Source of the DNA: Octopus vulgaris
Taxonomy: Eukaryota
Length of the DNA: 64,000 nucleotides
Assembly (NCBI GenBank): GCA_951406725.2
Contig: OX597835.1
Coordinates: 32,612,001-32,676,000, forward strand
Reading direction: 5' to 3'
A program made the translations under genes and the position numbers. Below are positions 25,758-39,112 of this stretch, one piece after another. Numbering within the stretch: position 1 is the stretch's first letter; every line of letters begins with the position of its first letter. A model generated the notes under the pieces. The model searched no databases, was not told the DNA's origin, and worked only from the letters and a program-made list of their open reading frames with translations.

Positions 25758-26062
25758 GCCCTCCGTCGTCAACCAGGAGAATTCATCTATGAAGCAATTG
25801 CCCCAGCTCCCCTTCAGGGTTGGCGAAAGCGATGTGGTGGACAACGAAAAAACCTGGCTGATGACAGTCAAGGCCGATCTGGAACCCAACCTAGGCCCCC
25901 ATGTCTACGGCGTTCGCCGCTGGAATAAGGAGTGGTTAGAGATCACGCGGTCGTTAGCCTCAAATCGCCAGGCCTGGTCGGCGTTTGTGAGAGATGCAGC
26001 ATTGACGATGAATGAAGCCAGCTCAACCCACCCCGGGTAAATGCTGTCTCAAGTCAAGTCAA
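25758..26062 (+). pseudogene. RTE-clade LINE extreme 3' fragment with (CAAGT)n tail
   Basis: GWRKRCGGQRK/TWLMTVKADL...RRWNKEW...LASNRQAWSAFVRDA, ending CTCAAGTCAAGTCAA. Confidence 0.75.
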
Positions 26063-26064
26063 CT

Positions 26065-26098
<34 letters not shown>

Positions 26099-27029
26099 CA
26101 GTTCGTTTTTCACGGTTGAACTAGAACTAGACAAAACTATATATAATAGCCTGTAGATATTGGGTAAAAAAGAAACCTTTTGGTTAAAAAACGCCCAAGG
26201 CTGCCCGTAGTAATCGAATCTATATCTTTCCTATTCATTTCGCGTATCTCGATGCTTGTAAAATAATGGCGTCAATAACATACAATTGTTGCTGGTAAAG
26301 ATAAAGTTTGTAAAATGGAGACAAACTTTCAGCAAAATTTCCTTGGTCCAGTAGTAAAACACTTGTCGCTTTTGCTGAAGACCCAGTTTCGCGCCCCATT
26401 GACACTATTCGACTTTTACTATCCAAAGACATTTTTTTACACTGTATCATTCATATCTTTATATCAAATTCAACCGTTTAAAAACTAATTATTTTACATA
26501 TATCGATGTTTCTGAATTGATTTGACGTAAACAATACATATGTAATTGAAACTTTTTTTAAATTAAGACTTATTTATGAAAATCCTTCAAAGACATTAAC
26601 ACAGACCTCATGGAAGACATCGAGATGATTGTTGTATGTAAGCGCTTTCAGCTATCTTCACACTTTCAAACATGCATTATAAACGAATGTTCTATGTTGT
26701 AACTCTTATAGTAGCGCTTTCTTTGTATTTCTGGCTTAGTTTTCAACTAAAAATCCTTTAAAAATTATTCTTTTTTTAGGTACATGTTTTATTATTTTTT
26801 TCAGATATGGCCAATGTTTCAAAAACTCTTCTTATATACAAACATATGTGAACGTGAATATTTTAAAAATTTAGATTATTAAAATTTGTAGAATGCAAAT
26901 TTGCCTAACAAAAAAAAAAACGATTCTTCGATTATGATTTTAAAGTGACACAGCATGACACGCGCGTTAGTAATAATAGTCGTATACTACCAGAGATATT
27001 AATTCTAAAAGAAGAATTGTTAATATTCG

Positions 27030-27337
27030 ACAATGGTTGTTCCTTCTCGAGCCATGCCTGGTTCATAAGGGCCGGTTTCCCGGTTTCTTGGCGTAAAGGT
27101 TCCCCAACTGGACGGGACGCCGGTCCGTCGCAGGTGAGCTGCAAGATGCAGGAGGAAAGTGTGAGAGAAAGTTGTGGCGAAAGAGTCAGCAGAGGTTTCG
27201 CCATTACCTTCTGCCGGAGCTGCGTGGAGCTTAGGTGTTTCGCTCATAAACACACACATCACCCAGTCTGAGATTCGAACCCGCGATCCCTCGACCGCGA
27301 GTCCGCTGCTCTAACCACTAGGCCATGTGCATCCACA
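27030..27337 (-). mobile_element. SINE family C, tail type b
   Basis: Family C head plus CCTGCGACGGACCGGCGTCCCGTCCA...GAAACCGGGAAACCGGCCC tail. Flanked by an AATATTCGACAAT direct repeat. Confidence 0.85.
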
Positions 27338-27639
27338 ATATTCGACAATATAAACACTGAGGCTCTAGAAGTTAAACATAAGTAGAAATCTTGTTAATTT
27401 AGTAGAACCTGAGTTTTATCATTGACAACAAAGAGTTGTTTATCCACACACATGTTATTAAGTACTTGTTGAACTTGTTGTTCAAATACGACACTAACAT
27501 ATATATTCATATTCATGCATACATGAATGTATACAAACATAAAACACACACATATAAATATATATGTATGTGAGCATGTGTTCCACAAAACCAATGTGCT
27601 TTTTACCCTTCTATTTGAAACATGATGCCTGAAAACCAA

Positions 27640-27835
27640 CCCAGATGCACAGTATATCAGCTTTTGAGAGCAGATACCTCCGGAAAAAAACTAGATATTA
27701 AATGAAATTACTTTATTGACAACGAGGAGTTCAGAAGAGCAGACCAACGTCTAGTATCCATCGTCATCTACAATCACCGACAATGTTGGCAGGGACAAGT
27801 TGTAAGAATCTAGACGAACAGACTCGCTAATGTCT
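27640..27835 (+). pseudogene. Highly decayed RTE RT-thumb fragment
   Basis: LRKKLDIK..FIDNEE and HRQCWQGQVVRI..RL resemble LRRIL.I.W...N.E and LRW.GHV.RM..RL. Confidence 0.45.
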
Positions 27836-27933
27836 ACAGCAGGTAAATTGCCTCAAATCACACGCTACTGTGAAGGATTTAAGGCGATTTTATGAAATTC
27901 AAATATGAAATAGAAGTAGCCCTTTGTAATAAA

Positions 27934-28139
27934 CATTATCAACCACAACCGTATCTACTTAACGTATACTCCGTGTGTATATGCCGGTAGGCCGCAATAA
28001 GGCGCGGTGGAGAAGACTCTCTCAAAGCGCCGAGTGTTAAAACACCCGACGCTTTGAGGGAGTTTACTCCACCACGCCACATCGCAGCGTACCGACTAAT
28101 GCATGTCGAATTTCCATTAAGCATATGTGGTTGATAATG
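27934..28139. mobile_element. ~205-bp foldback/MITE with a strong central hairpin
   Basis: Terminal IR CATTATCAACCACA / TGTGGTTGATAATG and an internal 38-bp-arm hairpin at 28001-28078. Confidence 0.7.
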
Positions 28140-29207
28140 ATTTTACGAAAGTTTCATTGATTTCCTTTTAACAATACTCGTTGAGTTGGTGTCTTATGTA
28201 GTGGGTTGTATCTGTGTATCATGAGTGGTGGCCGTTATTTTTTTGTTTTTTGTTTTATTCGTATGAAAAGGACGAAGGTATTTTCGGTTGCGAAAATCTT
28301 GGGTTGACAAGATTCTGACCTTTACAAAAAGGAGGGCGCATTGACTAAAGTGATCCTAATATATCGAGGAAAAGAAAAGGATTGTCTCGGTTGGAACTGC
28401 TTTGGTCGTAGCTCTTCTCAATCAGGGCTGATCTAGAGTAAACAACAGCGTTAGCAACAGTAATATATATGTATTTATATGAACTGACAGTTTCCCGAAA
28501 GTTTGTTGGCGTTTCAGAAATATGATATGGTCAGTGTTAGAGGTTAGAGAGGTTAGTACGTTCTAAGTGTATGGAATGCTGTATTGGAAGTAGGTTGTTA
28601 TGTAGTTCAGATGTACATTGATACAGCAAGAATGAAAGAAAACGGTGAAACACAAGAACGAAAACAACAACTACAACAACAACAGCAGCAGCAGCACTAA
28701 TAATGCAAATAATATCATAACAGAAAAAAAATAACGTGAAGCAAGAGAAAAGATAGAGATTAAAACAAACAGAGAAATTGACAGAGAAGAAATGGAAGAA
28801 ACAATGAAACAATAGAAAATAATAGTTCAGTCTTTCAAGAACATTGATAAATAAATAAAGTATTATGTTACTTCTCGTGCTCCATAGCAAAAATCTCCGT
28901 ACACTGAACATCATGGCTTCTTAAAATTTTTCAAGACGTCACGTTACATTGTTTCTCCTTGTAACGCCATCCTGAGAAGAAACTTTTGTCTCTAACCTAA
29001 CGTTAAATATACATGAACACGAAGTGAAATTAATAATTGTTCAACCTTGTTAATACCCATCTGGGTCAGTCTAACAATCCGTCAGACCACATAAGGACCA
29101 TCACAAGAATCACCGTATTTACTCGCGTAGAAGTCAAACCCCATTTTATACTTGTTTTTAACCGGAAAATACTGCAGAACGAAGGGTAGAATTGTAGCGG
29201 TAAGACT

Positions 29208-29792
29208 GAATCGTTAGCGCGCCGGGCGAAATGCTTAGCGGTATTTCGACTGCCGTTACGTTGTGAGTTCAAATTCCGCCGAGGTCGACTTTGCCTTTCA
29301 TCCTTTCGGGGTCGATAAATTAAGTACCAGTTACGCACTGGGGTCGATGTAATCGACCTAATACCTATGTCTGTCCTTGTTTGTCCCCTCTATGTTTAGC
29401 CTCTTGTGAGTAATAAAGAAGTAGGTATTTCGTCTGCCGTTATGTTCTGAGTTCAAATTCCACCGAGGTCTACTTTGCCTTTCATCCTTTCGGGGTCGAT
29501 AAAGTAAGTACCATTTACACACTGAGGTCGATGTAATCGACTTAATACCTATGTCTGTCCTTGATTGTCCCCTCTATGTTTAGCCTCTTGTGGGTAATAA
29601 AGAAATAGGTATTTCGTCTGCCGTTACGTTCTGAGTTCAAATTCCACCGAGGTCGACTTTACCTTTCATCCTTTCGGTGTCGATAAAGTAAGTACCAGTT
29701 ACGCAGTGGGGTCGATGTAATCGACTTAATCCGTTTGTCTGTCCTTGTTTGTCCCAATCTGTGTTTAGCCCCTTGTGGGTAGTAAAGAAATA
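29208..29792 (+). mobile_element. SINE family A trimer with 9-bp TSD GGTAAGACT
   Basis: Bodies start at 29240, 29424 and 29608 (period 184). TSD at 29199-29207 and 29793-29801. Confidence 0.9.
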
Positions 29793-30502
29793 GGTAAGAC
29801 TTATACACGATTAAATATGGTATTTTCTCGCTTGACTCTACATCCGGATCAAAGGAAGCGCCAGTTGAGCCTCTAATTTTCCTATTTGAAAAACTAGGCT
29901 GTTTACCCGATTTCATCTCTGCATTGCAGAGTAACGAAACATTCGTTAAATAGGAATCGGCAGGTGTGATAGATAAGTACATAGATATGAGAGATGCAGA
30001 TAAATATGTAGACAGGTATATGTTATAAAGATATACAGGTAGATATAAAGATAGATAGGTAGTTATATCATAAGTTGTAATTATATCTAGAGTTGCAAAG
30101 TATTAAAAAAAAAATAGGTCATCAATTTCGTGGTGTTGGATGGAGTAAGTCGATTACACCGACTTCGGGGCTCAACTGGTGATTGTTTTATCGGTCCCGG
30201 AAAGATGAAAGGCAAAGTGGTACTGTCACAAGATATGCGCAGTCAACGGTGTTAGCCTTAACTTACGCTGCCATACATAGTTTCTTGATACTAAGATACG
30301 GACCTAATCTGAGCCTTGAACTCCTTATAAAAATAGGGCAAGCCCCGAACGCTAGTCAGAAGCAAGACAGCTGCGACGTAAGTCACGTATAATTATATTT
30401 CAAGTTTTAGAAAATCAGTGAAAACTGTGAAATCGGTTAAATCTTTAAATATAATAATAAAAAAATATTCTATTTGCAGTGCATTTTCAACTTCTATTTT
30501 TT

Positions 30503-30541
<39 letters not shown>

Positions 30542-30669
30542 TTATATATTATACAAAAAAAAAGTTCGACGTAAACCCGAAGATTCTACCTTTAAAAATG
30601 AGTTAAACCTGTTTACTTGTGTGATTTTTTGTTGCTCTGGTAACTATTTTTCTATTTTTTTCCGTGTTA

Positions 30670-30742
<73 letters not shown>

Positions 30743-30763
30743 ATATGTATCTATGTATCTATG

Positions 30764-30820
<57 letters not shown>

Positions 30821-31707
30821 TATCATAATGTGTGAATCATTTCGTCCGTCTTTACTTCTAAGTACAAAATCCGCGAAGGACGACTTCGGAGTCGATAGAA
30901 TAAGTACCACTTGAGAACTGGAATCGATATAGTCGACCTACACATTTTCCGAAATTGCTGACCATTTTTGCCAAAATTTGAAGCCCATATATATATATAT
31001 AAATATATATATACATATACACATATGTGTGTGTGTGTCTGTATGTGTGCTCCTACTATATCTCCATGTGTGTGTGTGTTTGCATGTATTCCTCAGCTTG
31101 ATCTTTGCTCATTTATTTTTAATTGCGTTCCGAGAGAAGTTTGAAGAAAAACTAAAGCTGTTGATAAAATAATTGAATTTAAGAATGATAGGACAAAGTT
31201 CTCCATCTAATCATTATTTTTCATAAGTCAGACTTTCTCGTGGGGAATTACTAATATGGCAGGTAATTTTCGAAAGAAATTATTATATTAAATATATAAC
31301 AACATTTTGCCTTTGTAGCTACGGCAAACTCATTTATAATACCGTATACAATAATTACAAAGTATGTAAAATGGTCGCTAACCATGCAGACGCATAGTTC
31401 CATATATGTATGTGTGTGTGTGTATATAAATGCCAGCATATATGCTTATATATGTATGAGCATGCATATATATATGTATATATGTGTGTGTGCATGTGCG
31501 TGTGTGTGTGTGTGTGTGCGTGTATATATATTCTTTTATTGTTTTATATGTTTCAGCCTTGAGTCTGCAGCCATATATATCTATGTATGCATACGTATGT
31601 ACGTGCTTATATGTATGTATATATGTATGTATATATGTATGTATGTATATATGTATGTATGTATATATGTATGTATGTATATATGTATGTATGTATATAT
31701 GTATATG

Positions 31708-31776
<69 letters not shown>

Positions 31777-31778
<2 letters not shown>

Positions 31779-31971
31779 AAAGCTGTTACTCAGAGTTTCA
31801 CGTTCTCGTTCGTCGGACAGTTTTCGTTGACCGACGAACGGGAACGTGAAACTCCGAGTAATTAATAAAGCTTTTCTCCGGAGCTTTATTAATAAAGCAT
31901 ATTACTCTATCTCCGATATGTTTCGAGTGTTATCTTTTCCTCTTTGTTTTACATTTATGTGCTATACTCTG

Positions 31972-31975
<4 letters not shown>
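31777..31975. mobile_element. (TA)n-embedded element with two back-to-back H1 hammerhead motifs (31783-31820 -, 31831-31860 +)
   Basis: Homologous to 3247-3407. Contains CCGACGA ACG-GGAA-CGT GAAA CTCCGAGTA on + and its inverted copy. Confidence 0.7.
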
Positions 31976-32068
<93 letters not shown>

Positions 32069-32279
32069 TACAAGCATGTGCATGTGTGAGCAAGGTGAGT
32101 GTGTGTATATTCTTTTATTCGTATATTTGTTTCAGTCATTTGACTGCGGCCATGCTGAAGCACCACCTTTAGTCGAAGAAATCGACCCCAGGAATCATCT
32201 CTGTAAGCCTATAAACTAAACTAAAGTACATTTGGTGTGTCTTTTCTAATTATGCTACCAATCCACTTCCACTTTTTCT

Positions 32280-32330
<51 letters not shown>

Positions 32331-32383
32331 TTTTACTTGTTTCAATCATTTGATTGCAGCCATACTGGAGCACCACATTTATT

Positions 32384-32452
<69 letters not shown>

Positions 32453-32954
32453 CATATATACATATATATATATACATTCGCGTACACAAATATGCATAAG
32501 CACATACGTACGTATCTACCTACATACATGCATGCATACATATACATTTATATATCTACCTACCTACTTACCTACCGACCCATCCATCCATCCATCCATC
32601 CATCCATCCATCCATATATACATACTTGCATGCATAGAGCCTACCTCCCAAGATCTTGACGTCAAGTTTCACATTTCATTTTCTGAGACGAAACACTAGA
32701 ATTGCCAGACACTGCCTAATTAACGAACACAACAAAGGTTAGATTATTTTCCCATAGTTCCATCAACATGACAGTTCTTTGTCTTTTTTATATTTCTTGT
32801 TTTTCTTAACTCCTCACCACTCGTCATCCTGTATCCGCCATTAAAGAACCTTAACCCTTCAGCGTACACCTTCACTTCTTTATACACATTTGCATTCAGT
32901 TTTTAGATGCAGATCTGGCAGTGTAGTGTGAAACTTGTTTCGCAATAGCATCAT

Positions 32955-33215
32955 CCCGGGTTCTGTCCCACTGCGTGGTACCTTGAAATGGTGTCTTCAA
33001 CCCTAGCCTCGGGCCGACCAAAGCCATGTGAGTGGATTTTTATGATGGAAACTGAAAACCCGTCGTGGCTGTGTGGTAAGAAGATTCCTTGCAAACCACA
33101 TGGTTCCGGGTTCAGTCCCACTGCGTAACACCTTGGCATGTGTCTTCTACTATAGTCTCGGGTCGACCAAAGCCTTGTGAGTGCATTTGGTAGCGGAAAC
33201 AGAAAGAAGCCCATC

Positions 33216-33282
<67 letters not shown>

Positions 33283-33482
33283 TCTGAGTCTGTGTTTGTC
33301 CCCCACACCATCGCTTGACAACCGATGTTGGTGTGTTTACGTTCCCGTAGCTTAGCGGTTCAGCAAAAGAGATAGCTAGGATAAATAGTAGTACTTGAAA
33401 AAGTACTGGAGTCGATTCATTCGACTAAAACCCTACAAAGCGGTGCTCCAGCATGGCCACGATCTAATGAACAAAGGTAAAA
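32955..33482 (+). mobile_element. SINE family B (partial head followed by a full copy)
   Basis: Two consecutive GTCCCACTGCGT heads and the family tail. Confidence 0.78.
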
Positions 33483-34719
33483 AAAAATTACTTACAAGCA
33501 AATTCGTGGAGACGTACACGCACTGCTCACTACTGCAGTGACTGAACTTATAACATAAAGACGCTTAGATAAACATATCATAATGTCTACCGCCTTAGGT
33601 TGGAAATTATTTTGATATCTTACACAGACAGAAGGCCACGGATATTTTTAGAAAAGAAGCAATCGATTATATCGATATCGGAAGGATGAAAGGTAAAAGT
33701 GAGCTCAGATAGGGTCTGAGATAAGAAAGTAAAGGAATGTTATATCGATTCTTCTTTCAAACATCTAGAATTAACTTTTAACTAAAAACAACAGACTTAC
33801 TTTATCTAAGTCAATGAGAATTCACGCAGAGTTTAAGATCTAATCGGCGTCTACGCAGAACTGTCTTCAAAGAGATGGAACTGAAACCGTAAAATACTCT
33901 AGTCTGCCCAGCTGATTGCTTATTACTGTGTGACCAGCATCATACTTTGGTGAAGTATAATTGAAATGGAATCATTTTGCGGATAGAATATGTGACATTT
34001 TCTCTTGGGGATATAATTTAAAATATTGTATAGTTATTTGTTAAAAAATAGACATTGCCTCTGAAGACAAAGTAATATATAAAATATTACAAAGTAAAAT
34101 TAATAGATATGAAAATGATAAATGGAACTTTTTCTCTTTGTTCTAATAATTAATATTGTTATTGTGTCGAGCTTTATAATTAATATTTACAGTGAGATAT
34201 ATAATTAATATTTGCAGTGAGATATATAATTAATATTTGCAGTGAGATATTAACAACAATAAGAATATGCCATATTTGTTTGCAAGAGTATGTATGTCTG
34301 TGGTGTGTGTGTATGTGTGTGTGTTTCTTTGTGGTTACGTATTCATATGAATGAAATAAGTTTATGTAGGTGAAAGCATCAATGCGCATGCGCACGTGTG
34401 TCAGCAGCTAACGATATTTTTTATCTATACCATGGTTTCCAAAAGGTAACTGAGTGTGATTAAACATTTTTGCAGATGTGAAGTAATGTCAGGAACGATA
34501 ATCAAAATATCGGATACGTATGGGTCATGTGATGTGCGAAGTCTTCCTTCGGGGATCTTGGGTGCAAGTGCTGTACGCAAAAATTAGGGACCCACGCCGA
34601 TCGGAATATGAGAAAATTATATCAAGGAATCCGTGGACGTCCTGGGCCCAGTGACGCGCTACTCAAAGTATCTTGTCATTAGGGAATCATGATGTAAATC
34701 AGACGTCCTAGACTCAGTA

Positions 34720-34885
34720 GAACATTTATGGTTGACAAGTAGAAATTCCTGTGTGTGTCGATAAGCAGAGATTAGCTCTGATCTTTTGTTCATGGTAGTT
34801 ATGGAATGATACCACAATGCAATTTGTTCACTAAACACACCACAAATATTGCTTTTCTTTGTTTGGTTCCACATTTAAAGGCTTA
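34720..34885 (-). pseudogene. Penelope-like element GIY-YIG C-terminal fragment
   Basis: WNQTKKSNIC...MNKRSELISAYRHTQEFLLVN matches the PLE C-terminal pattern YN..K.C.LC..EK...LNKRSEL.S.CRH..K.LL. Confidence 0.65.
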
Positions 34886-35470
34886 CAGTTCAATCATTCA
34901 CTGACATTTATCATGGGCTTCTTTTAGTTTCACACCCACCAAAACAACACACAAGGCTTTGGTCGGCCAGAAGCTATATCTGAAGACACTTGCCTAAGGT
35001 GTCACGCAGTGGGACTGAACCTGAAACGATGTGAGTGGGAAGCAAGCCTCTTACCACACAACCACACTTACGTCCATGGAAAAGATTGTAAAGAAGTGGT
35101 ATAGGTTTTGGTACCGCCATTCTTCTTTGAACTAAATAAGATATAAATTTTTGTGAGGAACAAAATTAAGTGCATAATTTATCAAGATATAGGTTCGGGC
35201 TAAATTGACATGCTAAGACGAGTGTTGTCATGTTGGGCTACAGTGACTTACTGAAGGTTCACTACAGAAAAGGGGCAATTTATTTTATCACATTCAAATC
35301 TCGCAGGAATCAGCTTTACATTTTACGCTTCCGGGGTCGAAATGTTGAAGCATGCGGCCGGTGGATTGGCAAAAAATATTAGTGCTGTTTGTTCCAACTC
35401 TTTTTGTTGTCAATTCGTCTGCGACAACATTGGTGTTATTTTATTTTTTAGCTGTAATGGCCTACTTTGT

Positions 35471-35821
35471 GTGAAGGTACGTAGCTTAGTGGTTAGGGTA
35501 TTCGACTCACGAACGTCATGTCGTGAGTTCAATTTCCTACGGCGCTTTGAATCCTTGAGCAAGATTATTTCACGTTTTTTTCACGTTGTATCGTTGAGCA
35601 AGATTTTTTCACGTTTTTTTCACGTTGCTCCAGGTCATCCAGCTAACAAAAATGAGTAGTACGTGTAATTCAAAGGGTCTGTCTTGCCACATTCTGTATC
35701 ATTATGAATCTCCCTGGGAACTACGTTAAGGGTACACGTGTCTGTGGAATGCTCAGCCGCGTAAGCTGTTCCGCTGATCGGATCAACTGGAACTCATGTC
35801 ATCGTAAGCGACGGAATGCCC
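35471..35821 (+). mobile_element. SINE family D (tRNA head + CORE-like domain) with an internal ~39-bp duplication
   Basis: TAGCTTAGTGG box A, GAGTTCAATT box B, and TCCTTGAGCAAG...TTGCTCCAG..CAGCT..AAATGAGTA. Confidence 0.7.
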
Positions 35822-35922
35822 GTATTAAGTGGCTTACTTTACGTTGTCTTTGTATAATATCGGTGATATAGAGAAGAGAGACTTACGTATGAGCAAAAGC
35901 ATTTACCAAAAAAAATAAAAAA

Positions 35923-35953
<31 letters not shown>

Positions 35954-35967
35954 AACGAGTGGCATGA

Positions 35968-36392
35968 GGCGCAGGAGTGGCTGTGTGGTAAGTAACTTGT
36001 TTACCAACCACATTGGTTCCGGGTTCAGTCACACTGCGTGGCACCTTGGGCAAGTGTATTCTACTATAGTCTCGGGCTGACTAAAGCCTTGTGAGTGGAT
36101 TTGGTAGACGGAAACTGAAAGAAGCCAGTCGTATATATGTATATATGTATATATATATGTGTGTGTATATGTTTGTGTGTCTGTGTTTGTCCCCCTAGCA
36201 TTGCTTGACAACCAATGCTGGTGTGTTTACGTCCCCGTCACTTAGCGGTTCGGCAAAAAATAGATCGATAGAATAAGTACTAGGCTTACAAAGAATAAGT
36301 CCCGGGGTCGATTTGCTCGACTAAAAGCGGTGCTCTAGCATGGCCGCAGTCAGATGACTGAAACAAGTAAAAGAGTAAAAAGAGTAAAGAGT
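35968..36392 (+). mobile_element. SINE family B, full length
   Basis: Near consensus. Confidence 0.88.
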
Positions 36393-37344
36393 TACTTAGA
36401 CCCGTTCAGCAAAAGAAGCTCTCCAACAACTTCCTGCAGTGATCTAAGAGGGAGGTTTAGCTGACGTTTCTAGCACGTTGAACGGTCAGGATAAACCACT
36501 GCCTACGTAGCATTGACTACAGTGGATATCAAATGTACACAAGAGTTTCAAGCGGATAAACTTGCTAACTATGGAGACCCGTAAGGCCAATAAAGAGCTG
36601 ACATATACAAACGTATAACAAAGAGAAACGATAAGATGTGAACAAATTAAGTTAAATGTTACGCTGGTTAACACGTTTGTGCTGATTTACCTTGACTTCC
36701 GTAGCTAGGATTGCATCCAACCTATTGCCATCCGCATCACAGAATCTAATTAATACAATGCTATTAATTATAGGAAACTATTAAATTGCTAATTATAAAC
36801 AGAGTTAGTTAATGAGGTATTTTGATCTTTACAACAACATATGGTATGCAAATAACGGGATGTTTTAATGCATGTCGCAGATTATGAGTGCATATGTGTC
36901 AATACGAGAGTGCGTTAATCTCTTTATCTTTTGTTTCTTTCACACATTGGAAGAGGCCATTCTGGGGCACCGTCTTGCAGAATTTTAGTCGAACAAACCG
37001 ACCCTATGATTTCATTCTTTTAAAGCCTGGTATTTATACTGCTATCCCCCTTTGCCGAACTGCTAAGTTACGAGACCGTGAATAGAATGACATCGATTGT
37101 CAAGCGTTGGTGGGAGCAAACACAAACACAAAGACACACACATACACACACACACATACACATATAGACATACGACGGAATTAATTCAGTTTACGTCTAC
37201 AAAATCGATTTACAAGGCTTTGGTGGCTACGGGGTTATAAAAGACACTTGCCCAAGGTGCCATACAGTGGGACTGAACCACATAGCTTAGCACACACACA
37301 CACACACACACACATACACACATACACACATACACATACACACA

Positions 37345-37507
37345 CATGTTTTCTCTCCTTGTTTTTTCCGTGAATCTTTCTGTAGAAGAGCGTAGGCTCG
37401 AAACGTAAAAGACTTTTTTCTATTCCTGAGCGCTATACTAATACATCTGTTTGTTTGTACACCACCTGCCTTCGTCTTTTGTTTATTTTCGTAAACTTTT
37501 CCTTCAT
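37345..37507 (+). mobile_element. Short element with hammerhead-like H2 at 37375-37412
   Basis: TCTTT CTGTAGA A GAGC-GTAG-GCTC GAAA C GTA AAAGA, followed by (TA)n. Confidence 0.7.
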
Positions 37508-37570
37508 ATATATATATATATATATCAGATATATGCACACACACACACACACACACACACACAGATATAT

Positions 37571-37616
<46 letters not shown>

Positions 37617-37990
37617 AAACACACCTGTATATAAACATATATGTGCGGGTATATGTGTGTATGCATATTATCGGCGAAAGAATATATAAACTTTTGAGAG
37701 AGCGTGAAATAGTTTTGTTTTCGAAACATTAAATCTCAACGCAACATAAGTATTCACGCCTGTAGCATATCACGAATTGAAGTCATCACGAACTAAGATG
37801 CCTAACATTAAAGAAATCCACTAGTGAGAACTGGCTGTAAAATAAAAATTACATTGAATGATACCTACTTGATGAAGGAGACACAGACGTAGAATAATCT
37901 GCTTCAAATCACCAGACAGCATGAATGCAATAAATTATTAAATTTTTGAAAAATTAGATTTTCAGAAAATTTAATTGTTTTCCATACTTA

Positions 37991-38026
37991 CAGTTGAAAA
38001 AGTCTCAATGACCGAAACCGGTACTG
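37991..38026 (+). ncRNA. Hammerhead-like H3, dispersed copy
   Basis: CAG TTGAAAA AGTC-TCAAT-GACC GAAA CCGG TA CTG. The flanks match the 5438-5606 arm. Confidence 0.55.
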
Positions 38027-38091
38027 AAATGCTTGTTTTATAAAATTATTTTAGCATTTTCTACCTTGACTTTTTCCATATATATATATAT

Positions 38092-38499
38092 GGCGCAGGA
38101 GTGGCTGTGTGGTAAGTAGCTTGCTTACCAACCACACGATTCCGGGTTCAGTCCCACTGCGTGGCACCTTGGGCAAGTGTCTTCTACTATAGCCTCGGGC
38201 CGACCAAAGCCTTGTGAGTGGATTTGGTAGACGGAAACTGAAAGAAGCCCGCCGTATATATTTATATATATATATGTGTATTTTGTGTGTATGTTTGTAT
38301 GTCTGTGTTTGTCCGACCAACATCGCTTGACAACCGGTGGTGGTGTGTTTACGTCCCCGTGACATGGCGGTTCGGTACAAGTGACCGATAGAATAAGTAC
38401 TAGACTTACAAAGAATAAGTCCTGGGGTCGATTTGATCGACTAAAGGCGGTGCTCCAGCATGGCCACAGTCAAATGACTGAAACAAGTAAAAGAGTAAA
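38092..38499 (+). mobile_element. SINE family B, full length, in (TA)n
   Basis: Near consensus. Confidence 0.88.
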
Positions 38500-39039
38500 T
38501 AATATATATATATAAACTCATATGTTCCTTTTCAATCTTCTACACACACACACACACATACACACACACATATAGTTGGCTATACGACACACTGTGTCCT
38601 TATATTTTCGTACGAGGATTTCAGCAGCTCCACCTAGCGCAAAACAATATCTGTGGACTAGTTCCAGGGTTATTGCGCTTCAGCAAAACAGTATTTCTAC
38701 TTATAGATCAGTCGCTGTGTGTCACTTTGAATTCTATATATTCGAACCATGAATTCAGCAGCGCCACCTGGCCAAGCAGCTATTCTGTACTGATAAAGGG
38801 TAATAATCCTGGAACTAGTCCACAGATTTTTTTTTTTTTTGTGCTAGGTAGGGATGTTGAATTCCCTGTTCAAAAATATAAGGACACGGAAAGTGTGTCG
38901 TACAGCCAGCTATAAACGATGTTTCTTGAGTCTAATGAACAGTAACAACGTTCCTTCCAGGACAGCCATATTATGTGTAGCAATTAGCTTTTGCTTTAAA
39001 AGAATTGTTACTGAATGTTTCTGTCTGAGAGATTTAGAA

Positions 39040-39112
<73 letters not shown>

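Noticed and set aside
29240-29792. Regularly spaced repeats resembling CRISPR or a satellite
   Set aside because: The units are whole SINE bodies with no unique spacers, there are no cas genes, and the context is eukaryotic.
34176-34250. 3 x 25-bp tandem repeat ATAATTAATATTTGCAGTGAGATAT
   Set aside because: An ordinary minisatellite with no spacers.
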